Assembly: GCA_963664435.2 (NCBI GenBank)
Contig: CAXXKM010000001.1
Span: 128,001-192,000 of the forward strand
DNA: 64,000 nucleotides
Direction: 5' to 3'
DNA from: Longimicrobiales bacterium
GTDB lineage: Bacteria > Gemmatimonadota > Gemmatimonadetes > Longimicrobiales > Gaopeijiaceae
This document shows positions 28,490 through 41,442 of this stretch, piece after piece. Both the position numbers and the translations under genes were made by a program. The notes beneath the pieces are model-generated. The model saw only the letters and a list, made by a program, of their open reading frames with translations. It was not told where the DNA came from and searched no databases. Each line of letters starts with the position of its first letter. Within the stretch, counting starts at the first letter, position 1.

Positions 28490-29692
28490 TCATCCACGGG
28501 CCACCGGCAGGAGGAAGACCTCCTCCTGGGGGTCGGGCGTGGTCACTTCGGGTCCGTCCGTTCCGAGATGGACGTCGACCTCGCTGCGCACACCGATATC
28601 GTCGGGGATGTAGATGCCCGGTTCTATGGAGAAGCCGACGCCGGGGAGGAGAAGGCGGGTGTCGCGCGTCTCCAGGTTGTCGATGTTGGGGCCGCTGCCG
28701 TGGAGATCGACATCGATGGAGTGCCCGGTCCGGTGTACGAAATGGCGTCCGTAGCCGCGTTTGCGGATGAGCTGGCGGCAGACGTCGTCGACCTCGTAGC
28801 CGCATACCTCGTCGCCGGCCGCAATGCGCTCGCGCAGGAACTCCACTGCCGCGTCGCGGGCGTCGCGCACCGCCTCCCAGATCCTGCGGGTGCGGCGCGG
28901 GAGTCTGGCGCCCAGGTAGCCCATCCAGGTCTGGTCGGCGGGGATGTCCTCGGCGGTCGGCTTGCCCCACAGGTCGATCAGCAGGAGGTCGCCCCGCCCG
29001 ATCGGCTCGCCCACGCCCACGGGTGCATAGTGGGGATCGGCGGCGCGCGGGCCGATGGCGACGATGCAGTCCACCTCCTCGGCGAGGCCGCCGGCGTTGA
29101 GGCGGGCGCGAATCCAGTCCGAGAGCGCGCCCTCGGTGGTGGGCTCCCCGGCCTCCACGGCGGCGGCGGCGCGCTCGAAGGCCTCCCGCGCGACGCGTGC
29201 CGTCACGGCGGCGGAGCGGCGGTGGGTGGCCAGCTGCTCCGGCGTCCAGCGCGAATGGAAGAGCGAAACCAGGTCGCCCGAACTGACCGGGTCCACCCCC
29301 ACGGCCCGCAGCAGCTCCATCATCCCGGCCGGAACCCGATCGAGGTAGGGTATGGCCGAACCCGGCGAGGTTTCGATGGCGAGGCGCGGGCGGCCGCGCA
29401 CCAGGTCGGCGAGCCCGGACTCCATCTCGCGCCACGACGAATAGATGCGCTTGCGCCAGGGCCAGTGCCGCCACGACGACCCTTCGATGGCATGAATCAG
29501 GGCCACCGGGTCGCCGCGGTCGGGCACCAGGGTGAAGGATCGGCGCGTGTTCCACCCGAGCCCGACCATGGAGGCGGCGATCGGGTTCTGGCCGTGGAAC
29601 TCGAAGAGCAGCCAGCCGTGCAGCCTCATGTCGGCGAGCGCCGCCTGCACCTGTTCGACGCCTGCGCGGGTCAGAAGGGGGCTATCGGCCAA
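28490..29692 (-). CDS. M24-family metallopeptidase (Xaa-Pro aminopeptidase-like)
   Basis: ADPHY, LLIDLW, ADQT, HRTGHSI, FSIEPGIY, GVRSE; TTG start after GGAGG. Confidence 0.88.
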   Translation of the reverse strand: MADSPLLTRAGVEQVQAALADMRLHGWLLFEFHGQNPIAASMVGLGWNTRRSFTLVPDRGDPVALIHAIEGSSWRHWPWRKRIYSSWREMESGLADLVRGRPRLAIETSPGSAIPYLDRVPAGMMELLRAVGVDPVSSGDLVSLFHSRWTPEQLATHRRSAAVTARVAREAFERAAAAVEAGEPTTEGALSDWIRARLNAGGLAEEVDCIVAIGPRAADPHYAPVGVGEPIGRGDLLLIDLWGKPTAEDIPADQTWMGYLGARLPRRTRRIWEAVRDARDAAVEFLRERIAAGDEVCGYEVDDVCRQLIRKRGYGRHFVHRTGHSIDVDLHGSGPNIDNLETRDTRLLLPGVGFSIEPGIYIPDDIGVRSEVDVHLGTDGPEVTTPDPQEEVFLLPVARG

Positions 29693-29946
29693 GGGGTCCT
29701 CCGGTCGCGGGTTGAGCTGCGGCGCGGAGTCCTCCCTCGCGGGGGATGACTTCCGGCCAGGTTCTGCGGGCCGCGAAAAGTAGGAGCCGCGCGCGGGCGA
29801 TTCAATGTTCGATCCGGTCTCCGTCCCCGGCGAGTTCCGAGCCGGGAACTTCGATGGCATCACGGTGGCGCCCGCGTGATACTATCGCGAGTAGCCGCAT
29901 GATACTACCGGAAACACAGGGCGGGCCCCGTCTCGCTCATGACGCG

Positions 29947-30926
29947 CTAGCGGACCGCCTCCAGCCCCGCCAATGCATGAATGACCGCCACCGCCCCATC
30001 GCCGGTGCGGGCGGGATCGTACCCCCCCTCGAGCAGGGCCACGACCCGGCTTCCCGCGTGTTCGGCCGCCAGTTCCATGACTCGGCCGGTCATCCTGTAG
30101 AAGTCCTCGGGCTCGAGCAGCATTCCACCCAGCGGATCACCGGCCATGGCGTCGAACCCGGACGAGATCAGGAAGAAATCGGGCTCAAAACCGGCCACGA
30201 CCTTCACCAGCGCCTCGTCGAACACCTCGTGCCAGGTCGCCGGGGGCGTAGCCGCGCGCAGCGGAAGGTTGAGCGTGGCGCCGAGGCCGGCACCGCTGCC
30301 CCGCTCGTGGAAGGCGCCGGTCCCCGGGTAGTGGGGCGACTGGTGGAGGGACAGGTAGAAGACCGTCCCGTCCTCGTAGAAGATGTCCTGGGTGCCGTTC
30401 CCGTGATGCACGTCCCAGTCGACGATCAGCACCCGCTCGGCCAGCCCGCGGGCCTGCAGGTGGCGCGCCGCGACGGCCACGTGGTTGAACAGGCAGAAGC
30501 CCATGGCGCGGTCGGCGGTGGCGTGATGGCCGGGCGGCCGGCTGGCCACGAAGGCGGTGGCGGCAGTCCCGGCCGCGACCGCCTCGGCCGCCGTGATCAC
30601 CGCGCCCGCGCTCCCGGTCGCCGCACCCCACGAGGCGGGAGAGACCACCGTGTCCGCATCGAGCCGCACCAGCCCCTCCTCGCGCGAGCGCGCCACCGCC
30701 CGCCGGACGCGTTCCACGTGGTCGGAGGTGTGCACGCGGAGCAGTTCCTCCTCGGTGGCCGGGCGCGCGTCGCGCTGTTCCACCCGGTCGTGGAGGGTGA
30801 GGAGGCTGCGGCCCACCGTGGAGGCCAGGGCGCGCAGGCGGCCCTGGTGTTCGGGATGCCCCCAACCGGTGTCGTGCAGGGGGGCGTCGGGGTGGAGGTA
30901 GAAGGCGGTGGGCGCCCGGCCTGCCA

Positions 30927-30927
<1 letters not shown>
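29947..30927 (-). CDS. Histone-deacetylase-family amidohydrolase
   Basis: HPEHQGRL, RPPGHHA, GFCLFN, DWDVHHGNGT, GFDA, LEGGY; TGATG overlap with carB. Confidence 0.92.
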
Positions 30928-34311
<3,384 letters not shown>

Positions 34312-34319
<8 letters not shown>

Positions 34320-34434
34320 GTTCGGCTTCTGACTTCTCCGATTCCGTGCGCACGGCCTTGGAGAGCACCAGGGCGAAGCCGCCCCAAACGAACGCGCCGA
34401 TCACGATCATCGTGACCCAGGTAGCCGTCGTCAA
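34312..34434 (-). CDS. 40-aa single-pass membrane protein, MetS-like NSS-transporter small subunit
   Basis: TTG start after [44 protein letters not shown]; stop overlaps the carB start; absent from the ORF track. Confidence 0.65.
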
Positions 34435-34620
34435 AGAGTGGGCTCCAGCGAGGGGTTGGGTGAGATCAGTTTCCGTAAACTGACCGCGCCCCGACCCGGA
34501 AGCAACCCGGGGCCGACCGACCGCCGCGGGCTGAACACGGCTGGGATGAGCGTGGCGAGGTCGACGGGCGCGCGGCCGGTTTGCAACACAGCCGCCGGAG
34601 CCCGGGCGCTCGCATTCCAG

Positions 34621-35220
34621 TTACCGGCCTCGAGCCCTCGCCCGCCGGCGCGCCGCCAGGTCCTCTCCCCGCACCTCCAGCACGTCGGCGACCGCCCTCA
34701 TGCCGTCGATGACGTTCTGGATGTGCTCGGGCCGCGGAATCCCGATGAGCTCGACCCCGCGCGCGACCTCGCCACGGTGCACCCCGGCGGCGAAGGACTT
34801 GTCCCTGAGCTTCTTCGCCACCGACTTGGGCTTGAGGTCGTCGATGCCGTTGGGCCGCACCAGGCAGCAGGCGTAGACCAGTCCGCTCAGCTCGTCGCAG
34901 GCGCACAGAACCTTGTCGAGGTCGGTCTCCGGCGGGACATCCGTCAGGTCCGGGTACCCGTGCGCCAGCACGGCGCGGATGACTTCCTCCGGGTAGCCGT
35001 CCTCCCGCAGGCGCGCGACCCCGCGATGCGGGTGCTCGTCCGGGTGCTTCTCCCAGTCCAGGTCGTGCAGGAGGCCGGCCAGGCCCCAGATCTCCTCATC
35101 GGCTCCGTACTTGCGGGCGTAGAAGCGCACGGCGGCCTCGACCGCGTACATGTGCTTCCTGAGCCCCACGTTGTCGACCCATTCGTGCAGCAGTGCTACC
35201 GCGTCGTCGCGGGTGGGCAT
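34621..35220 (-). CDS. HD-domain metal-dependent hydrolase
   Basis: RKHMYAVE, GLLHDLDWE, HPHRG, VLAH, ACDELSG. Confidence 0.85.
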   Translation of the reverse strand: MPTRDDAVALLHEWVDNVGLRKHMYAVEAAVRFYARKYGADEEIWGLAGLLHDLDWEKHPDEHPHRGVARLREDGYPEEVIRAVLAHGYPDLTDVPPETDLDKVLCACDELSGLVYACCLVRPNGIDDLKPKSVAKKLRDKSFAAGVHRGEVARGVELIGIPRPEHIQNVIDGMRAVADVLEVRGEDLAARRRARARGR

Positions 35221-35326
35221 GGGCGTCGTCCTCGATTGGGGAATTGGGTGGTCGGAGACACGGTTGATCGCGCGCGGCCGGCCGATCCCTCCGATGCGCC
35301 GGACCCGGGCCGGTTAACGGTCTGAT

Positions 35327-35974
35327 TCAGACGCTCGAAGAAGGGCACAGGCGCGACAGCGCGCACTCCTCGCAGCGGGGCTTGCGGGCCGCGCACACCT
35401 GGCGCCCGTGGAAGATCAGGAGATGGGCGAGCAGTGTCCAGCGCTCGCGGGGGAAGAGCTTCATCAGGTCGCGTTCGATGGGCACGGGACTCGGGTGGCG
35501 GGTGAAGCTCATGCGGTTTGCCAGACGCTTCACGTGCGTGTCCACGACCACCCCCTCGTCGATGCCGAAGGCGTTGCCGAGAATGACGTTGGCCGTCTTG
35601 CGCCCGATGCCCGGGAGCGCGACCAGCTCATCCATGGTGCGCGGCAGCTCGTTTCCGTGCTGCTCGGCCACCACGGTGGCCATGCCGATCAGGTTCTTCG
35701 CCTTGTTGCGGAAGAAGCCCGTGGAGTGGATGAGCTCCTCCACGTCGCTCTGGCGCGCCCCGGCCAGATCCTCGGCCTCCGGATAGCGCTCGAACAGGGC
35801 GGGCGTGACCATGTTCACCCGCTCGTCGGTGCACTGCGCGGAGAGGATGGTCGCGACCGCGAGCTCGTAGGGGTTGCGGTGGTGGAGGGCGCAGTGGGCG
35901 TCCGGGTAGCACTCGACGAGCAACTCGTAGATGCGCGCCGCCCGCTCCTTTCTGGCCTTCACCGACTCTCTCAT
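35327..35974 (-). CDS. nth: Endonuclease III
   Basis: ILSAQCTDERVN, LPGIGRKTANV (HhH), VDTHV, C-x6-C-x2-C-x5-C iron-sulfur motif. Confidence 0.96.
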   Translation of the reverse strand: MRESVKARKERAARIYELLVECYPDAHCALHHRNPYELAVATILSAQCTDERVNMVTPALFERYPEAEDLAGARQSDVEELIHSTGFFRNKAKNLIGMATVVAEQHGNELPRTMDELVALPGIGRKTANVILGNAFGIDEGVVVDTHVKRLANRMSFTRHPSPVPIERDLMKLFPRERWTLLAHLLIFHGRQVCAARKPRCEECALSRLCPSSSV

Positions 35975-36813
35975 CGTGCCTCCGCGGTCGTGATCCGCCG
36001 CCAGGGCAAGGTGCTGGCGAGCGGGGCGCTACTGGACGCGCCCGGCTCCATGGCCGCCTCCGGCGCCCTGGTCCCCGCTTCCCCACCCCTGGTTGGAGCG
36101 CCGGCTCGCAGCAACCCCTGTTCCAGCTGCCGGAAGAGGCGCCCCGCGAGCTTGACCACTTCCCCGAGCGTCTCGATCGAGCACAGCTCCTCGCCGCCCG
36201 GCAAGGTACTCGCGAAGTCGTCGCCGTGCCGGCGCACGGTCGCGGCAGCCCACTCGCTCGCCTCCTCCCCGGAGATCTCCGGCACGGGCATCACCCCGAG
36301 TCCGGGACGGTCCGCCCGCATCCCGCTCGCAAGCATGAGGTGCAGGCGTTGGGCGGGGGTCAGCACCCAGAAGAAGCCGTCGAGCGACTCGGCGGGGCCT
36401 CCGGCCTCGGGCCGCGCCCAGAACAGGTACCGCGGCAGCTGCACGTAGCCGGCCCGGGAAGGCGCCGCGAAGGTCCAGTCCGCCGGCCCGGAGTCCAGGC
36501 CGGCGCGTGTCACCTGGTGGGCGGCCTCGGTGCCAAGCAGGTACAGGGGCTCTCCGGCGCTCCAGAAATGGAAGGCATGAAAGAGGATGACGCCATATTG
36601 CACGAAGAGGACGGGATTCTCGTCCTCGGTGCGGATATCGGCGATCGTGCGCCCGGCCTGCTCGAGCATGCTGAAGGCGCCCGGGTCCCAGATATCCGCG
36701 TCCCGTCGCTCCGCCTCTTCCCGGATCAGCTCGAAGCGCTCCTCCGCGAAGGGGCGGCCCGGGAGAGCCATCTCGTACGGCGTGACGCGGGCGTACAGGT
36801 CGTGGATCCTCAT
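35971..36813 (-). CDS. Hypothetical protein
   Basis: ATGA overlaps at both ends; globular composition; no recognised family. Confidence 0.7.
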   Translation of the reverse strand: MRIHDLYARVTPYEMALPGRPFAEERFELIREEAERRDADIWDPGAFSMLEQAGRTIADIRTEDENPVLFVQYGVILFHAFHFWSAGEPLYLLGTEAAHQVTRAGLDSGPADWTFAAPSRAGYVQLPRYLFWARPEAGGPAESLDGFFWVLTPAQRLHLMLASGMRADRPGLGVMPVPEISGEEASEWAAATVRRHGDDFASTLPGGEELCSIETLGEVVKLAGRLFRQLEQGLLRAGAPTRGGEAGTRAPEAAMEPGASSSAPLASTLPWRRITTAEAR

Positions 36814-37634
36814 CGCGGTCTGCCGGACTCTCCGGGCTCCGGCCGCACCGGGTTCGCGCCGCGCGCCCGGAGGTCTTCAACCCTCTTCGCCCGGCCCGGA
36901 TCGTGCGCGGCATCGGCGCCCTCCACCCGGCGCGCGAGCGCCTCCGACTCCCAGAGTTCCTCCGCCGGCCGCTTCATGAACGCCTCCCACCATCGCCGCT
37001 TGCGCACCAGCACCAGCTGGAGTTCGCCCGGTCCGGCGTCGACGCCGTCGATCCAGATGAAGTGGGCATCCCCCAGACGCTCGGGCGCATCGACGCGAAA
37101 ACCCTCGCCCCGCCACTGGAAATGCACCTCGCCGGCCCGCGCGAGCCGCTCCGCGGTCCACTCCTGCTCGATGAAGAAATCGGTCTCAACGCGGAACACC
37201 CGGGGCGCGATCTCATCCCCGGACTGATAGTAGCAGGGGTCGAAGTCGAGCCCCTCGCTCCGCTTGAACGACTCCTCCATGGCGTAGTCGACCCCGCCGA
37301 GTTCATCCTGGTCCGCGAGCGACTCGAGGTGGTGACGAACCTCGTGGGTGAGCGTTTCCCACAACTCGCCCTCCCAGTCGAAACCGGGATCGAGCCGCGA
37401 CAGCTCGCGGAAGGAGCCGTAGTACAGGGCGACGACCGAGCGCGTGGTCTCGGGCCCCTGCCAGTCCGACGGATACGACTCCGTCGAGCACATGCCCAGT
37501 GTGTAGATGTCCGGGAATACCGGATGCGGAAGCGCCTCATGGCGGACCGAGAGCCCGTCCAACCCGCTCGTGTACTCCTCCGGGATCTCGCGAAAGGCGC
37601 GCCGCGCGGCCCTTTCGAACTCGCGAAACCTCAT
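36810..37634 (-). CDS. Zincin-like metallopeptidase family protein with C-terminal extension
   Basis: FREFERAARRAFREIP, VALYYGSF, ETLTHEVRHH (HExxH). Confidence 0.75.
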   Translation of the reverse strand: MRFREFERAARRAFREIPEEYTSGLDGLSVRHEALPHPVFPDIYTLGMCSTESYPSDWQGPETTRSVVALYYGSFRELSRLDPGFDWEGELWETLTHEVRHHLESLADQDELGGVDYAMEESFKRSEGLDFDPCYYQSGDEIAPRVFRVETDFFIEQEWTAERLARAGEVHFQWRGEGFRVDAPERLGDAHFIWIDGVDAGPGELQLVLVRKRRWWEAFMKRPAEELWESEALARRVEGADAAHDPGRAKRVEDLRARGANPVRPEPGESGRPR

Positions 37635-37682
37635 TCCCCTGCCGTGCCCGGACGATCATCGGCGCTGCCCGACGTCAAGACG

Positions 37683-39140
37683 TCAACCGGACGAGCCGCC
37701 GCTCCCGCCCACGGTCGCCCGTGTGATCCTCCTGTTGAGCATCCAGAGAATGAGAATCACGACCGCCGCCTGGATGACCACGCTCCCCACGTTATACGGG
37801 CTGAACAGCGTCCAGGTCTCCGCGAAGCTCGCCCCCCGGGCGCTCCAGAGGAACCACACCATGAGCACGACGGCCTCGACGATCACGAGCCGGATCGCCC
37901 AGTCCCACCAGGCTCCGATGCGGATGTCGGAATCAACCGTGTTGATGAACTTGCGGCGCCACTCGGTCACGCCGTAGCGCAGCACGGCGAAGGCGAAGAA
38001 GAAGCCCGAGAGCATGAGCCCCACGCCCCAGACCCAGTCCTGGTTATGGAAGAAGTCCATGTTGAGCGCGCTCGGGATTCCGCACACCAGCGCCGCGATG
38101 CCGACGATGCCCACTGCGCGCTTGCGTTCGATCCCCGCGTCGCGCAGGACGCGGCTGGCGAGCTCGATCATGGCCACCAGGCTCGTCCACGCCGCGAAGA
38201 CCAGCGCCATGAAGAAGAGGATCATGAAGAACTGGCCGCCGGGCATGCGCGCGAAGAGCTGCGGCACCCAGATGAAGGTGATGCCCTCGTTCCCTGCCCC
38301 GACGATCTGGCTGGCCGCGTCCGGCATCACCGAAAAGACCGTGCACAGCACCATGATGCCCGCGAGCAGCGACATCGAATTGTTGCCGAAGCCGATGACG
38401 AACGCGTTCAGCGCGGTGTCTTCCCGTTTTCGCATGTAGATGGCGTAGGTGAGCACGAGACCCCACCCCGCGCCCGTATCCCACGCGTTCTGGGTCAGCG
38501 CCTCGAGCCAGATGCGGTAGTCGCCCAGCTCGCTGAAGTTCGGGGTGAAGAGGAACGCGAGGCCGGCCGAGGCGCCCGGCAGCGTCACGGCCCGGATGGC
38601 GAGCACGACCACCAGGATGATGAGGCTGGGGATCAGGAAGCGGGCGGCGGTCTCGATGCCCTTCACTCCCCTGGACACCACGAAAACCCCCATGCCCAGC
38701 GCGATGGCGTGCGTAATCATCGCCGAGGGCGTGGCGGCGAAGGAGTTCCAGAAGGCGTCGGGCACTTCGGTGGGGATCTCGCGGGTGATCGAGGCCCACA
38801 GAAAGCGGAGCGTCCAGCCCATGACCACGCTGTAGTAGAACATGATCGCGGTCGCGACCCAGGCGACCCAGGCGCCCATCCAGCCGAATTTCGGCCCCAG
38901 AGTGGCGGCGAACGCCCCGATCGGGCCCTTGCGCACGCTCTTCCCCATCCCGAACTCGAGGATGAGGAGCGGCACCGACCAGAGGAGCAGGAAGCACACC
39001 CAGGCCACCAGGAAGTTGCCGCCCCCGTTGGAGGCCGCGATGCGCGGGAAGCGCCAGATGTTTCCGGTGCCCACCGCCATCCCCAGCATCGCCAGCAGCA
39101 TGCCCCAGCGCGAGCTGAAAACCTCTGACCTGGATGCCAT
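37683..39140 (-). CDS. Sodium-dependent transporter, NSS/SNF family
   Basis: MAVGTGNIWRFP, GGGNFL, ILEFGMG, YYSVVMGW; about 12 TM segments. Confidence 0.93.
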   Translation of the reverse strand: MASRSEVFSSRWGMLLAMLGMAVGTGNIWRFPRIAASNGGGNFLVAWVCFLLLWSVPLLILEFGMGKSVRKGPIGAFAATLGPKFGWMGAWVAWVATAIMFYYSVVMGWTLRFLWASITREIPTEVPDAFWNSFAATPSAMITHAIALGMGVFVVSRGVKGIETAARFLIPSLIILVVVLAIRAVTLPGASAGLAFLFTPNFSELGDYRIWLEALTQNAWDTGAGWGLVLTYAIYMRKREDTALNAFVIGFGNNSMSLLAGIMVLCTVFSVMPDAASQIVGAGNEGITFIWVPQLFARMPGGQFFMILFFMALVFAAWTSLVAMIELASRVLRDAGIERKRAVGIVGIAALVCGIPSALNMDFFHNQDWVWGVGLMLSGFFFAFAVLRYGVTEWRRKFINTVDSDIRIGAWWDWAIRLVIVEAVVLMVWFLWSARGASFAETWTLFSPYNVGSVVIQAAVVILILWMLNRRITRATVGGSGGSSG

Positions 39141-39198
39141 CCCGCCTTCTCCCGTGTTCGGTTGCCTGCCGTTCTCCGTGCCCGGGACGCCCGGCGAC

Positions 39199-40536
39199 TC
39201 AGCGCGCGAGCCGTTCCCGCAGGTAGTCTATCACGCCGTCCGCGTTCACGCGCACCTGCTCCAGGGTGTCGCGGTCGCGCACGGTGACCGTCCCGTCCTC
39301 GTTGGTCCGGCCGTCCACGGTGACGCACCAGGGGGTGCCCGCCTCGTCCTGGCGGCGGTAGCGGCGTCCGATGGATCCGGCCGCGTCGTAGAAGCTGGGA
39401 ACGGCCGCGGCCTTGAAGGCGTCGTGCAGCCGGGTCGCGATCTCCGGCATGCCGTCCTTGCGCACCAGCGGGAAGATCGCCGCCTTCACCGGCGCCAGCC
39501 GCGGATGGATGCCGAGCACCGTGCGCCGCTGGCGCCCCACCTCCTGCTCGTAATACGCATCCGAGAGCACCATGAGCAGCATGCGGTCGACCCCCGCCGC
39601 GGTCTCGATGACGTAGGGGATGTAGCGGCCCCCGCCCCCGGGCTCCACGTAGCGCATCTTCTTGCCCGAGTACTGCTGGTGCCGGGAGAGGTCGAAGTCG
39701 GTGCGGTTGTGGATGCCCTCCAGCTCCTTCCAGCCGATGGGAAACTCGTACTGGATGTCCACGGCCCGCTTCGCATAGTGCGCCAGTTCGTCGGGTCCGT
39801 GCTCGCTGAAGCGGAGCGAATCGGCCCGGATGCCCAGCGTCCCGGTGTGGAACTCCATGCGCGCGTCGCGCCAGTGCTCGAACCACTCCTCGTCGGTCCC
39901 CGGGGTGACGAAGAACTGCATCTCGGCCTGCTCGAACTCGCGCGTGCGGAAAATGAAGTTCCCGGGCGTGATCTCGTTCCGGAACGCCTTCCCGATCTGG
40001 GCCACGCCGAAGGGCACCTTCTGCCGCGCGGTGGTCTGCACGTTGAGGAAGTTGACGTAGGAGCCCTGCGCGGTCTCGGGACGCAGATAGACGGTCGCCG
40101 CAGCCTCCTCCACGGGCCCCATGAAGGTCTTGAACATGAGGTTGAAGAGCCTCGGCTCCCCGATCTCGCAGGCCTTGAAGGCCCCCGGAGCCTTGCTCGG
40201 CTTCCGGCCGCAGCGGGCGCCCTCCATTTCGTCGGCGCGAAAACGCTTCTTGCAGGTCTTGCACTCGACCAGCGGATCCGTGAAGCCGTCGACGTGGCCC
40301 GACGCCTCCCACACGCGCGGATGCATGAGAATGGCCGCGTCGACGCCCTCGACGTCGTCGCGCTGATGCACCATCGCGCTCCACCAGGCCTCCTTGATGT
40401 TGCGCTTGAGTTCGATGCCCAGCGGTCCGTAGTCCCACACCGATCCGGTGCCGCCGTAGATCTCCGAAGACTGGAAGACGTACCCGCGACGCTTGGTCAG
40501 CGAGACGAGCTTGTCCATGCTATCCAGTTGAGGCAT
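39199..40536 (-). CDS. glyQS: Glycine--tRNA ligase (homodimeric type)
   Basis: SSEIYGG..WDYGPLG, YLRPETAQG, FRNEITPGNFIFRTREFEQ, ELEGIHNRTDFDL, SIGRRYRRQDEAGTP. Confidence 0.97.
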   Translation of the reverse strand: MPQLDSMDKLVSLTKRRGYVFQSSEIYGGTGSVWDYGPLGIELKRNIKEAWWSAMVHQRDDVEGVDAAILMHPRVWEASGHVDGFTDPLVECKTCKKRFRADEMEGARCGRKPSKAPGAFKACEIGEPRLFNLMFKTFMGPVEEAAATVYLRPETAQGSYVNFLNVQTTARQKVPFGVAQIGKAFRNEITPGNFIFRTREFEQAEMQFFVTPGTDEEWFEHWRDARMEFHTGTLGIRADSLRFSEHGPDELAHYAKRAVDIQYEFPIGWKELEGIHNRTDFDLSRHQQYSGKKMRYVEPGGGGRYIPYVIETAAGVDRMLLMVLSDAYYEQEVGRQRRTVLGIHPRLAPVKAAIFPLVRKDGMPEIATRLHDAFKAAAVPSFYDAAGSIGRRYRRQDEAGTPWCVTVDGRTNEDGTVTVRDRDTLEQVRVNADGVIDYLRERLAR

Positions 40537-40852
40537 AGTGTATTGTACCTCTTTGATTCATGTTACATATGAACTCGGGGCCGCGTCGCCGTGCCAGCCT
40601 TCTTCCGGAGAACCGGGCGAGATCCGGGTTTTCTGCTGAGAGCCGACCTGGGGACCGGGCCGGAATATCGGCAAGGCGCGGCGGACCAGCAACCAGCGGG
40701 ACTGTTGCTTCCATCCGACGCCGAGCCATATTTCCTGGTTGACCGCTGATGCCCAAACACGCCGAACCGGCGCGGGCCTCGCCGGAATGCGGGGGCGGTC
40801 TCACCCGGGGGAACACGGAGCCGCAAGGCCCTTCACGCAAGGACGCTGATCG

Positions 40853-41434
40853 ATGTTGACCTTTACGGACAAAGCCCGCGAGATGGTGCTCTCCTTCATG
40901 GGAGACGAGCCCGACGGAGAGCAGGCCCTGCGGGTGAAGATGGACGGGAGCCCCTTCGCGCCCAGCTTCGAGCTGACGCTGGTCGGAAACGCAGACCGCG
41001 CCGACGACGACGTCGCCATGGACGGAGGCGGGTTCACCGTGTTCGTCGACGGCGCCAGCGCGCCCAGACTGAAGGGCGCCACGGTCGACTTCATCGACGA
41101 ACTGAACCAGAGCGGGTTCGAGGTCAAGACGTCGCCGGATGCCGACGGCCGCGGCGCCGGTGGTCCCACGGGCCCGATCGCCGAGCGCGTCACCGACCTT
41201 CTGAATCGTCAGGTCAACCCGTCGATCGCGGCCCATGGCGGTGAGATCCGTCTGGTCGACGTTCAGGACACCGAGATCTACCTGGAGATGATGGGGGGCT
41301 GTCAGGGCTGCGCCATGTCCCGGCTTACCCTGCGCCAGGGCGTGGAGAAGATGATTCACCAGTCCATTCCAGAGGTGACCGCGATCCACGACATCACCGA
41401 CCACCAGGCGGGCGAGAACCCCTTCTTCTCGTAG
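40853..41434 (+). CDS. nfuA: NfuA-like Fe-S cluster carrier (degenerate A-type domain plus NifU-C)
   Basis: LTFTDKA N-terminus, LKGATVDF, VNPSIAAHGG, GGCQGC, DITDHQAGENPF. Confidence 0.85.
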   Translation: MLTFTDKAREMVLSFMGDEPDGEQALRVKMDGSPFAPSFELTLVGNADRADDDVAMDGGGFTVFVDGASAPRLKGATVDFIDELNQSGFEVKTSPDADGRGAGGPTGPIAERVTDLLNRQVNPSIAAHGGEIRLVDVQDTEIYLEMMGGCQGCAMSRLTLRQGVEKMIHQSIPEVTAIHDITDHQAGENPFFS

Positions 41435-41442
41435 AAGCACCC

